Virus record (IMG/VR): IMGVR_UViG_3300020048_000080
Length of the DNA: 64,000 nt
Origin: a virus
Lineage: Duplodnaviria > Heunggongvirae > Uroviricota > Caudoviricetes
Direction: 5' to 3' (one strand)
This document shows, in pieces, positions 10,199 through 18,825 of this stretch. The position numbers were made by a program, and so were the translations under genes. The notes beneath the pieces were generated by a model that did not search any database, was not told the origin of the DNA, and saw nothing but the letters and a program-made list of their open reading frames with translations. How positions within the stretch are numbered: position 1 is the first letter of the stretch; each line of letters opens with the position of its first letter.

Positions 10199-12001
10199 AT
10201 GGCTAAAGTGTCAAAATTTATGAAGTTAAATACAAATATCTTAATGGAATGGGTATTTGATAGTGAACATTATGTTAGTGAAAATTATAGAGTTGTAACA
10301 AATTTGAATGAAAATAAAAAAAGAAGTTTTCTTTCAACATCTAATATAAATAATATAGATAATAATCTATTTCAATTAGATCCAGTTTTAAAGAAATATA
10401 CTCAAGTAAATACAGCTAAATATAATTTTTTACAATTACAGGATTATAGTTCATCACCAGTTCCATATGATAGAGTAAGAATATATTTACCAACTACTTA
10501 TAATTTTGTTTTCAATGGATATGTTGGATTATATTTAAAGATATTTGCATATGGATATGAAAATAAAAATGTTTATGAATTATCTAATATATTCTTTGAT
10601 GCTACAGTAAGTTCTAGTTCAGGTCAAACACAATTAGCAATACCTTTTATTTATGATGAACAAGAATGGGGAAAATATTATGAATTTGAAGTTCCATCTG
10701 TTGATTTTTTATCAAATCAAAGGGTCACCTCCGGAAATACAAATTCAGTAATTCCAAATTCTATTAATGCAAATTTAACTTTAAATGAAGGTATTAGTCA
10801 GACAGGTCCTATATTTGTTGATGTTCAATATTTAAACACAAAAGAAACGGTATTAGGTAATACATACTACTATGCTTCTGAATCTTATAGATCTTCTTTT
10901 GCAAAATCACCAGAATATAATACTTTAGCAGTACAAATTCAAGAATCAACAGAGGGAGATTTTTTTGAAATTTATGGTACATACGGTGAAACTAATGAGA
11001 GTTTGGATAATTTTGTTAATGATATTGAAAATAAAGGTCGTAAAATTAGAATTGAATATGATATTTATTTATATGAAGAAAATATGCAAACCAATATGCA
11101 AACAGTTGTTTTGACAGGTGGTGTTAATGATGATTTTACTAAAAAAATATTATATAGACCAATATTAATTATTTCAAACACAACAGCTGCAATTAAAGTT
11201 ACTATGAGAGTTGTAGATTTAGTTGATATGAGTACTATTTATAGATACACATCAATTGGATTAGATAATAATATTCAAAAATATGGTAAAAAACTAATGA
11301 GTTTAAATGTTCAAAATTTAAATAAACTTAAAATTTACAATGCAAAACCAGATGAGATTATCTTAGGTAAAGATTATTTTTCAGGAAATTTAATGACAGA
11401 AATTATAAAAGTAAATTCACCACAATTAATTGAGGTAGGAAAAATAGTTGTAAATAGTCCGAAATCTTCTGATACATATAAAGGAATGGGATTATTAAAT
11501 TTAATTATAACACCATTTGATAATATAATTCAATTTAGGTTAGCAACATTAACAGAATCAAGTCAACTACAATTATATGATTTAGCAAACATATTAAATA
11601 ATTCTGAAATAGTTTTAACATTTAAATCGGATTCAGAATTAGTAGAGAAATCTATTTATAATGAAGCAGATAATGATTATAAAAACGGAATAATAAATTT
11701 TAAAATTGTAGAAAACGATCTGAATGTGTTGAAGAAAATCTATTATAAAGGTTTTAATAATTTCTATTTAACAATTCTTTCAAATAAAATAAAAACATTA
11801 TTGTATTCGGGAACATTTTCATTCTTTGAAGATATTAAATTTATTGATAATACACCGAATATAATTGAAAGTAATAATACAATACAACCTCCAGGATCAG
11901 ATACTACAACAACACAAGAAGAAACCACGCCAGAGTGGCCGAAAGCTGGTAAAACTGTAATTATTTATACTAAATATAAAGATACAACACCTCAATCATA
12001 A
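10199..12001 (+). CDS. large hypothetical protein (600 aa), possibly virion-associated
   Basis: Long ORF with an N/T/S-rich composition and a Thr-rich C-terminus; it is immediately followed by Ig-like repeat proteins. The structural role is inference only. Confidence 0.35.
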   Translation: MAKVSKFMKLNTNILMEWVFDSEHYVSENYRVVTNLNENKKRSFLSTSNINNIDNNLFQLDPVLKKYTQVNTAKYNFLQLQDYSSSPVPYDRVRIYLPTTYNFVFNGYVGLYLKIFAYGYENKNVYELSNIFFDATVSSSSGQTQLAIPFIYDEQEWGKYYEFEVPSVDFLSNQRVTSGNTNSVIPNSINANLTLNEGISQTGPIFVDVQYLNTKETVLGNTYYYASESYRSSFAKSPEYNTLAVQIQESTEGDFFEIYGTYGETNESLDNFVNDIENKGRKIRIEYDIYLYEENMQTNMQTVVLTGGVNDDFTKKILYRPILIISNTTAAIKVTMRVVDLVDMSTIYRYTSIGLDNNIQKYGKKLMSLNVQNLNKLKIYNAKPDEIILGKDYFSGNLMTEIIKVNSPQLIEVGKIVVNSPKSSDTYKGMGLLNLIITPFDNIIQFRLATLTESSQLQLYDLANILNNSEIVLTFKSDSELVEKSIYNEADNDYKNGIINFKIVENDLNVLKKIYYKGFNNFYLTILSNKIKTLLYSGTFSFFEDIKFIDNTPNIIESNNTIQPPGSDTTTTQEETTPEWPKAGKTVIIYTKYKDTTPQS

Positions 12002-12015
12002 AAACATAATAATAA

Positions 12016-13164
12016 ATGGCAACAATAGAAAACAATATAGATGAATTACTAGCATTATTAAACACTTCAGAAACCTTATTAAGATTTAACTCTTCAATAG
12101 AAAAAGAGATCAGTCAACATGGTGGTACTGTGTTATATTCATATAACGATATAATTATTGCATCTGAAATTTCTGATAATTTTTTTGTTGAATTATCAAA
12201 AAATCCATTTATAGAAAATATATACGAAGTACCACTCAAGAAGTACGGAGATGTTGATATGAGTCTAATTGATCAAATTGATGTTTCAAAAATTGGAATT
12301 AACTTGAATGTTACATCTGGTGATACAACTATAATAAGTGGAAACGAATCAGGATCAGGCACAATAAGCTATTCAGGTGATGCACCATTAATAACAAATC
12401 AAAGTTTAACTTTAAATGCTGTTACTAATCAATGGTTCAATTACAAAATAACAGCAAGTGGAAAATTACCAATAAAATTTGAAATAATTCCAAATATAAA
12501 TGGACAAGTATCAATAAGTGGTGATACTATAACAGGATTTAGTTCAATTGATGGTAATTTTAATATCACATTAGTCGCAACAAATAATTTTGGTTTTGAT
12601 AATAAAACTTTAGTTGTACATGTAGTAACACAACCAAAAATAACAAGTCCTCTTATCGCATATGGAACAGTAGGTACTGGATTTACTTATACAATAACAG
12701 AAACTGGTGTTTCATATACATATAGAACATATGGATTACCATCTGGATTATCTCTAACAGGAAATATTATATCTGGTGTATTAAGTTGTGTTGCAGGTGT
12801 TTATAAATTTCCAATTGTTGTGGAAAATTCAAATGGTAGTGATAGTAAAACATTAGAATTGAGAGTTAGTGATACAAGCACTTATCTAAAACCTATTATA
12901 ACAAGTGGTGGTATTGCTAATGGTGAAGAATATACGGATTTCTCATATACTATAACATCAACAGGAACCCCGCCTATCTCATATAGTGTAATTGGTACAT
13001 TACATAATGGTTTAACTTTTAACTCAGGTGATACTATATCAGGAGTACCAACTATAGGTGGTATAAAAAATGTTACACTAAAAGCTACTAGTCCATATGG
13101 AACAACAGAAAAAAATCTTAAAATATCAATAGATAATGCTCATCCACCAGCAGAAGGTGGTTAA
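12016..13164 (+). CDS. protein with repeated putative Ig-like (He_PIG/BIG-like) domains
   Basis: Several roughly 90-aa repeats with 'YGLPSGLSLTGNIISG' and 'TYTIT.TG' patterns typical of putative Ig domains; the N-terminal module is paralogous to the next ORF. Confidence 0.5.
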   Translation: MATIENNIDELLALLNTSETLLRFNSSIEKEISQHGGTVLYSYNDIIIASEISDNFFVELSKNPFIENIYEVPLKKYGDVDMSLIDQIDVSKIGINLNVTSGDTTIISGNESGSGTISYSGDAPLITNQSLTLNAVTNQWFNYKITASGKLPIKFEIIPNINGQVSISGDTITGFSSIDGNFNITLVATNNFGFDNKTLVVHVVTQPKITSPLIAYGTVGTGFTYTITETGVSYTYRTYGLPSGLSLTGNIISGVLSCVAGVYKFPIVVENSNGSDSKTLELRVSDTSTYLKPIITSGGIANGEEYTDFSYTITSTGTPPISYSVIGTLHNGLTFNSGDTISGVPTIGGIKNVTLKATSPYGTTEKNLKISIDNAHPPAEGG

Positions 13165-13179
13165 AAATAATATTTATAA

Positions 13180-13530
13180 ATGCCAACAACATCATTACAA
13201 CGATCAATATTTACAAATTTAACATATGTTGATCAATTAAAAGATCAAATCACTAGAAGTGGTGGTACAATAGTATTTACAAAAGATAATATGATAGTGG
13301 CATCTGAAGTCTCAGAAAGTCAGTATAGAGAATTATTAAAAAGTCCATATGTTGAAAAAATTGATGTTTTACCATTAAAGCGATATGCAAATCAAGGTGT
13401 TAAATATAAAGAAAATGTTAAAATTGTTGATAATACTAGAATAAAAAGTGTGGTAATACCAACACCTCAACCAGTAGAACCAACACCAACACCTCCATCA
13501 ACACCACCAGCAGATCCAGCAGGTTCATAA
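13180..13530 (+). CDS. hypothetical protein sharing its N-terminal module with the upstream Ig-like protein; Pro/Thr-rich tail
   Basis: 'GGTIVFTKDNMIVASEVSESQYRELLKSPYVEKIDVLPLKRYA' aligns with 'GGTVLYSYNDIIIASEISDNFFVELSKNPFIENIYEVPLKKYG' of the upstream protein. Confidence 0.4.
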   Translation: MPTTSLQRSIFTNLTYVDQLKDQITRSGGTIVFTKDNMIVASEVSESQYRELLKSPYVEKIDVLPLKRYANQGVKYKENVKIVDNTRIKSVVIPTPQPVEPTPTPPSTPPADPAGS

Positions 13531-13545
13531 AAATAATAATATTAA

Positions 13546-14193
13546 ATGAGATTAAGTTCACAAAGTAATCAATTTTTATTTAACTTTCCACAAGATTTTA
13601 TTTCAAAAGATGTTGAAGAAAGATTGGCTAGATATATGGAAAAAAATTGGATTCCATATTTAGATCCAATCGCATATATAAATTCAACAATAAAAGAAAT
13701 TGTGTTCCCTAGTGTATCGTATGAAGGTTCAGAACAAACACATAGATTTGGTAAAAAAATAGAATATAAACCAGCAGGAAATATATATGATACATATAAT
13801 AGTTCAATAGATATAACATTAAGAAGTGTAGATTCACAAACTAATTATTTTATGCTTCAACAAATTTTTGCAGAGTACTATAATAATACTAGAAAATATT
13901 ATCTTCCTTGGTTAAGTTTATATATTTTAGATAAAGATGGAGACTATTTATATTCTGTTGTCTTTAGATCTGCATTACTTAAATCATTATCTGAAACTAG
14001 AATGATGTACCAATCTCAAGATGTACAAGAACAAACATTTTCAATAACATTTAAATATAATTTCATGGATGTGTATTGGGATTTAAGTGATAATCCAGAA
14101 GGTAAAAAAGATAACATCTTTCATACAGAAAGTTGGGATCATTCAGGAGATGTTTTACCAACTCAAAGACCACAAAATGATTATAATTTATAA
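13546..14193 (+). CDS. hypothetical protein
   Basis: ORF only. Confidence 0.35.
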   Translation: MRLSSQSNQFLFNFPQDFISKDVEERLARYMEKNWIPYLDPIAYINSTIKEIVFPSVSYEGSEQTHRFGKKIEYKPAGNIYDTYNSSIDITLRSVDSQTNYFMLQQIFAEYYNNTRKYYLPWLSLYILDKDGDYLYSVVFRSALLKSLSETRMMYQSQDVQEQTFSITFKYNFMDVYWDLSDNPEGKKDNIFHTESWDHSGDVLPTQRPQNDYNL

Positions 14194-14284
14194 AATTATT
14201 TTAATTAAACTTTTTTTGTTTTTGGACATATAATCTTTATATTATAAATATAAATCGTCTAACAAACTTAAAAATCAAACTATT

Positions 14285-15451
14285 ATGCTGAAACAATTAA
14301 TTGAAGGAGTAAACATTGGTTTTCTCAACAATACTCCTGGGGAAGATCCAGACCCATTTGTAAAATTATCAAATAATAAAATTCCAAAAGTAAAAGGAAT
14401 AGGAACTTTGTCCGAAGATTATTTGAATTTATATCAAAAAATGGAAAAATCATTTCTCTCTTTAAGAGAAATAAACACAAATGAAGTCATTACAGGTGTC
14501 GTTGTGTCTGTAAATGAAAAAGAAATACTTGTTGATTTTGGATATAAAGATTATATCTATGTTGATAAACCAAAAAAGAGCAATGTATCAACCGAATTAA
14601 AAGTTGGTGACACTATTGATGTTCTAATTACTGAAATTCTTGATAATCCGTTTATGATAAAAGGATCAATTACAGAATTAATTAAACAAAATGTTCACAA
14701 CAAAATGAAACATTATTTTGAAAATAATGTTCAACTTACATCAACTGTAAAATCTATGATTCCAGCTGGTTATATGATGGATATACACATGGATAATATT
14801 ACAATTGAAGCATTTATGCCTAATACATTGGCAGATATCAATAAATTATCTGATTCTAATTCTGTAATGGGATTGACATTTGAAGTAATGTTAGAAACCT
14901 TACAACAAGAAAAAGGAGTTTATGTAGTATCAAGAAGGAAGTATTTACAATCCTTAATTCCAGAAGAAATCAAAAAATTAAAAACTGGTATTGTTTATAA
15001 AGGTGAAGTTACGGGAACAACTCCATTTGGTGTCTTTGTTCAATTTAGTGCAAATCCTGGAGGACCAATCTGCTTAACAGGAATGGTTCATAAAGCTAAC
15101 ATTAATGAATATTTTCACGATAAATGGGACCAAATTGTACCTGGCTTAGAGATTGACTTTTATGTAAAAGAAGTTATTAAGAATAATAAAATTATTCTTA
15201 CTCAAATTCTAAAAGAATCTTTATGGGACACAATAAAAGTTGGTAAAGTTTTAGACGGTAAAATTAGAGATATCAAAAATTTTGGTGCTTTGATTGAATT
15301 AGATGGAGAAACTACAGGATTAATACAAACCACTTATATTAATAAATTAAATGGTAAAAAATTGAATGTAGGAGATGAAATTAAAGTAAAAGTTATATCA
15401 TTGATTCGGGATGATAGAAAAATTTATCTAAATTTTGCAGACAACAAGTAA
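14285..15451 (+). CDS. multi-S1-domain RNA-binding protein (ribosomal protein S1-like)
   Basis: Repeated S1/OB signatures, for example 'ITGVVVSVNEKEILVDFG', 'YKGEVTGTTPFGVFVQF' and 'GKVLDGKIRDIKNFGALIELDGETTGLI'. Confidence 0.6.
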   Translation: MLKQLIEGVNIGFLNNTPGEDPDPFVKLSNNKIPKVKGIGTLSEDYLNLYQKMEKSFLSLREINTNEVITGVVVSVNEKEILVDFGYKDYIYVDKPKKSNVSTELKVGDTIDVLITEILDNPFMIKGSITELIKQNVHNKMKHYFENNVQLTSTVKSMIPAGYMMDIHMDNITIEAFMPNTLADINKLSDSNSVMGLTFEVMLETLQQEKGVYVVSRRKYLQSLIPEEIKKLKTGIVYKGEVTGTTPFGVFVQFSANPGGPICLTGMVHKANINEYFHDKWDQIVPGLEIDFYVKEVIKNNKIILTQILKESLWDTIKVGKVLDGKIRDIKNFGALIELDGETTGLIQTTYINKLNGKKLNVGDEIKVKVISLIRDDRKIYLNFADNK

Positions 15452-15484
15452 TAAAAAAAGAGGCTTTCGCCTCTTTTTTTATTT
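15452..15484. terminator. bidirectional intrinsic terminator (agaggc-tttc-gcctct)
   Basis: Hairpin flanked by A- and T-runs, between convergent genes. Confidence 0.6.
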
Positions 15485-15706
15485 TAAATTATAATGAAAT
15501 GCTTTAATTTCCTTAGGTACCATATTATTATAGGATTCAATCGTATCAACCCAATACTTTTTTTTTGTTTTATATCCATAACGAACCCAGCCCTTATAAG
15601 TTGTTAGAGCAGGACGACCATCAATTATATGGATATATAACCATATACCACCGATCATTTTTCTATAAAATTCTGAACTTGAAAAAATAAAATCAAAGAC
15701 TCTCAT
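15479..15706 (-). CDS. hypothetical protein
   Basis: ORF overlapping the start of nusG by 4 nt. Confidence 0.25.
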   Translation of the reverse strand: MRVFDFIFSSSEFYRKMIGGIWLYIHIIDGRPALTTYKGWVRYGYKTKKKYWVDTIESYNNMVPKEIKAFHYNLK

Positions 15707-16200
15707 TTTTTCTCAATTTGAGTAAAAGTTAAATCTAATGGTATTTCTCTACCAAACATCAAAACAACAACTTTAACTTTTTCCTTTGTATTATCAATAT
15801 CATTAATAGTACCAAGAAAAGAAACGAAAGGACCGTCAATGATTGTAACTTCTTGACCTAGTGAAAAAATATCTGGAATATTTTTCTTTTCATCTTTTTC
15901 AATGATGTTATCAACTTCTTTCTGACTTAATGGTTGTTTTAATATATGTGAAACACCTTTAATATGTTTAAGTCCTGATTCAATATCACTAATATTTTCA
16001 CATTCAACAAAAATATATCCTGGAAAAAATTTCTTATCTATATTATATTTCTTACCATTCCTTGTTTGAACGGCTTTTTCAGATGGAATTAACATTCTTG
16101 AAACGAATTTATCTAATCCATTACGCTTGAATTCAAACATAATAGTATCTCTCATTTTATTTTCTTTACCTGAAACTACTTGTATTACATACCATTTCAT
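15703..16200 (-). CDS. nusG: transcription antitermination/elongation factor NusG-like
   Basis: NGN domain 'KWYVIQVVSGKE', 'KFFPGYIFVE', and KOW motif 'GQEVTIIDGPFVSFLGTI'; collinear with E. coli NusG. Confidence 0.8.
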   Translation of the reverse strand: MKWYVIQVVSGKENKMRDTIMFEFKRNGLDKFVSRMLIPSEKAVQTRNGKKYNIDKKFFPGYIFVECENISDIESGLKHIKGVSHILKQPLSQKEVDNIIEKDEKKNIPDIFSLGQEVTIIDGPFVSFLGTINDIDNTKEKVKVVVLMFGREIPLDLTFTQIEKK

Positions 16201-16285
16201 ATTTTCTATTTTTTTATTAGTTTATATATAACATTATCCGAAACCCAAAAATACGGAGAATATTATAAATAAAAAAATTTATAAT

Positions 16286-16726
16286 TTAAAATCTACGAAT
16301 AGTAGTTTTACTTTTTGGTGGTGCTATTGGAAGCATAGGAGGTGGAGTTGGTAATGTCATAGGAATATCTGAAAATTGCTCTTCAGGTCTTCTTATTTTT
16401 TCTTCCTTATTGGCATTTTTCTTCTTTTTCTTTTTAAGTTTTTGATTTAAGAATTCTCTCACATAATTATGTGAAAGTTTTAATGATGTCTTTAACTTAT
16501 TCCTTAGTCTGATTTCTGTGCCATCTTTCTTTTTTTTGTAGATTTTACAAATAAACTTATCTCCTTTTTTTGTTATTTCAGCATAATAATATGGTTCAGT
16601 GTTGCCTGTTTTATATCGTATAGCACCATTAGATACTTTAGGATTATATTTTGCACGACCACTAACAAATAAAGAATTGTCTATAATATTATTATTCCAC
16701 GTTTCAAATGTCTTGAGAGTTTTCAT
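16286..16726 (-). CDS. hypothetical basic protein with the 'MKTLKTFE' leader and a Pro-rich C-terminus
   Basis: The track ORF extends to 16834 but the likely start is the internal Met at 16726, which gives the 'MKTLKTFETW' leader shared by many proteins in this window. Confidence 0.35.
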   Translation of the reverse strand: MKTLKTFETWNNNIIDNSLFVSGRAKYNPKVSNGAIRYKTGNTEPYYYAEITKKGDKFICKIYKKKKDGTEIRLRNKLKTSLKLSHNYVREFLNQKLKKKKKKNANKEEKIRRPEEQFSDIPMTLPTPPPMLPIAPPKSKTTIRRF

Positions 16727-16928
16727 ATATCTATATATTAAACTTTTTTGATGATTTTTAATATATATTAAAAATAATTTTATTAAAATGGGAAAAGCAA
16801 TTAAAATTGGAAAGAAGAAAAAAAATCGTGGCAATTTATTAAAAAGAGCAAAAATAATACAAAAAAATACTGAGATTCTTAAAAGATTAAAAAAACAAAG
16901 AGAAGAAGCAGAAAAAAGTATAACCTAA

Positions 16929-17204
16929 ATGAAAGATTCCTATTTAAAATTAAGAGTAACAGACGAAGAGTATATAAAATTTCAGAGTGCATGTGAGAAT
17001 AAAAACAAAACCATGAGTGAAGTTCTAAGATACTTTATCACGTCATATAGTAATACAGAACATTTAATTTTATTAGATGTTGATAGTGATACTCTTAAAA
17101 ATACCACAGAAGTATGTAAAGAAAAAAAGATAAAATTTAATGATTTAGTTAAATTCCTTTTAGAAAAAGCTATTAAAAATAAGGATAAATTAAATTTTAA
17201 ATAA
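16929..17204 (+). CDS. hypothetical small protein
   Basis: ORF only. Confidence 0.3.
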   Translation: MKDSYLKLRVTDEEYIKFQSACENKNKTMSEVLRYFITSYSNTEHLILLDVDSDTLKNTTEVCKEKKIKFNDLVKFLLEKAIKNKDKLNFK

Positions 17205-17788
17205 TGTTATTTGTAGAAGCATACAAACGAAGATTTGATTTACCAGAAGATTCCATTGTAATTGATACAACATCAAGATCAGGTAATTGGACAAGAGGTT
17301 TTTCTCCTTTTATTATCCCAGGTGGTTATTTATATGATGGTTATTATGCTAAAAGTGTAGAAAATGCTTGGCAAGCAAGTAAAGTGTTTCCTCAATTTGT
17401 AGATGAAAATAATAATCCAACACCTGAATATTTTACTTGGGCAAAAAATATTTGGACTTCAAGTTATGCTTATAGATATCCAATGGATAAAGGTATAAAG
17501 CCTCTTTATTCTTGGTGGAATGGTCAAAAATATGATTATGTAGAAGCAAGGAAAAAAATATATATTCCTTTATATAGTAGAGGAGTTATAAAAACAAAAG
17601 CATTTGAAACTTTATTAGATATTTATAGAAAAACTGATAAAGATATTTATTTAGTTGATTTTGATGGTTATAATCATAAAAAAATGGGATTAACTTTGGT
17701 AGATGTTGCGAATAATCCAAAAAGAAGTATGGGACACGCATTTGTGATTTATGATTTATTACAAAGATACAAAAAAGAAAGCCTTTGA
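17204..17788 (+). CDS. NADAR (YbiA/DUF1768)-like domain protein
   Basis: 'GFSPFIIPGGYLYDGYYAKSVENAWQASKVF' matches the NADAR core 'FSNF..P...DG..Y.SVEHYFQAQKF'. Confidence 0.5.
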   Translation: MLFVEAYKRRFDLPEDSIVIDTTSRSGNWTRGFSPFIIPGGYLYDGYYAKSVENAWQASKVFPQFVDENNNPTPEYFTWAKNIWTSSYAYRYPMDKGIKPLYSWWNGQKYDYVEARKKIYIPLYSRGVIKTKAFETLLDIYRKTDKDIYLVDFDGYNHKKMGLTLVDVANNPKRSMGHAFVIYDLLQRYKKESL

Positions 17789-17812
17789 TTTCTCAAAGGC
17801 TTTTTTTGTTTT
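17775..17812. terminator. bidirectional intrinsic terminator (gcctttga-tttc-tcaaaggc)
   Basis: Hairpin plus TTTTTTT, between convergent genes. Confidence 0.55.
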
Positions 17813-18028
17813 TTATATCCATTCCTCCTCTTCTTGTATAGAGGGATCATATTTTAAACCAAGTTCATTGATTTTCTCATAAACATCATTTTTATTTTTT
17901 GTTTCAAACAGCTCATTAACTGTTTCAAATTCACCTTCAACCTGTTTGAGGAATAATACATCTTTTGTATCAGCATCCCAAACCAACTTCCATGGCAACT
18001 CATTGTTAGCCTTTTTGATTTTTTCCAT
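17813..18028 (-). CDS. hypothetical small acidic protein
   Basis: ORF only; a longer overlapping ORF, 17854..18141 (-), looks less coding-like. Confidence 0.3.
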   Translation of the reverse strand: MEKIKKANNELPWKLVWDADTKDVLFLKQVEGEFETVNELFETKNKNDVYEKINELGLKYDPSIQEEEEWI

Positions 18029-18249
18029 AAATTTTTAAATTTATTTTTTTGTGAAATTAAAGATTGAAATATCAACCTTTTTGATAAAAGAAAATATAAA
18101 TAAAAGATCATTTTCACAAAAGTATATATTATTTTTACCAAGTCAAAAATATTCCAAAAATAGTTAATATACTTATAATCAAATGTTTATATATATTAAA
18201 AAATAAAAAATACATAATTTAATATATAATAAAAAAATAATTTCAATTA

Positions 18250-18816
18250 ATGGCAAAATTATATTTTAGATATGGTGCTATGGGTTCAGGTAAAACTATA
18301 GATTTATTAAAAACATCTTATAACTATAAAGAGAGAGGTCAAAAAACTTTAATATTAACTTCTATTATAGATAATAGATATGGATCGAATAAGATAAAAT
18401 CAAGAATTGGAATAGAAGAAACTGCTGTTAGTGTATCATCCACCGATTCTATTTTAGATATTTTTAAATCTTACTCTGATATTAATTGTGTGTTGGTGGA
18501 TGAAGTACAATTTATGAATAAAAAACAAATATTAGAACTAAGTGAAATAGTTGATTGTTATGATATTCCTGTTATTGCATATGGCTTAAAAAGTGATTTT
18601 AAACAAGAACTATTTCCTGGTTCTGCGGCTTTATTGAGTATCTGTGATTGTATAGAAAATATACCTGTTATTTGTTGGTGTGGTAAAAAAGCAACAGTAA
18701 ACGCAAGAATATCTGATAATAAGGTAATTTATAATGGAGAACAAATCTTAATAGGTGGAAATGATCAATATATTTCATTGTGTAGAAAACATTGGAAAGA
18801 AGGTAAAATAAAGTAA
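18250..18816 (+). CDS. tdk: thymidine kinase
   Basis: P-loop 'YGAMGSGKT', 'VLVDEVQF', and a C-terminal Zn ribbon 'CWCGKKA...CRKH'. Confidence 0.85.
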   Translation: MAKLYFRYGAMGSGKTIDLLKTSYNYKERGQKTLILTSIIDNRYGSNKIKSRIGIEETAVSVSSTDSILDIFKSYSDINCVLVDEVQFMNKKQILELSEIVDCYDIPVIAYGLKSDFKQELFPGSAALLSICDCIENIPVICWCGKKATVNARISDNKVIYNGEQILIGGNDQYISLCRKHWKEGKIK

Positions 18817-18825
18817 TATTAAAAA

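Noticed and set aside
14236-14260. T4-late-promoter-like TATAAATA boxes, for example upstream of the S1 gene and at 38436
   Set aside because: At this AT content the 8-mer occurs frequently by chance. Without positional enrichment analysis, it is not reported as a feature.
17854-18141. 95-aa minus-strand ORF overlapping 17813..18028
   Set aside because: It overlaps a shorter ORF with a more coding-like acidic composition and runs into the AT-rich promoter region of tdk; only the shorter ORF was kept.
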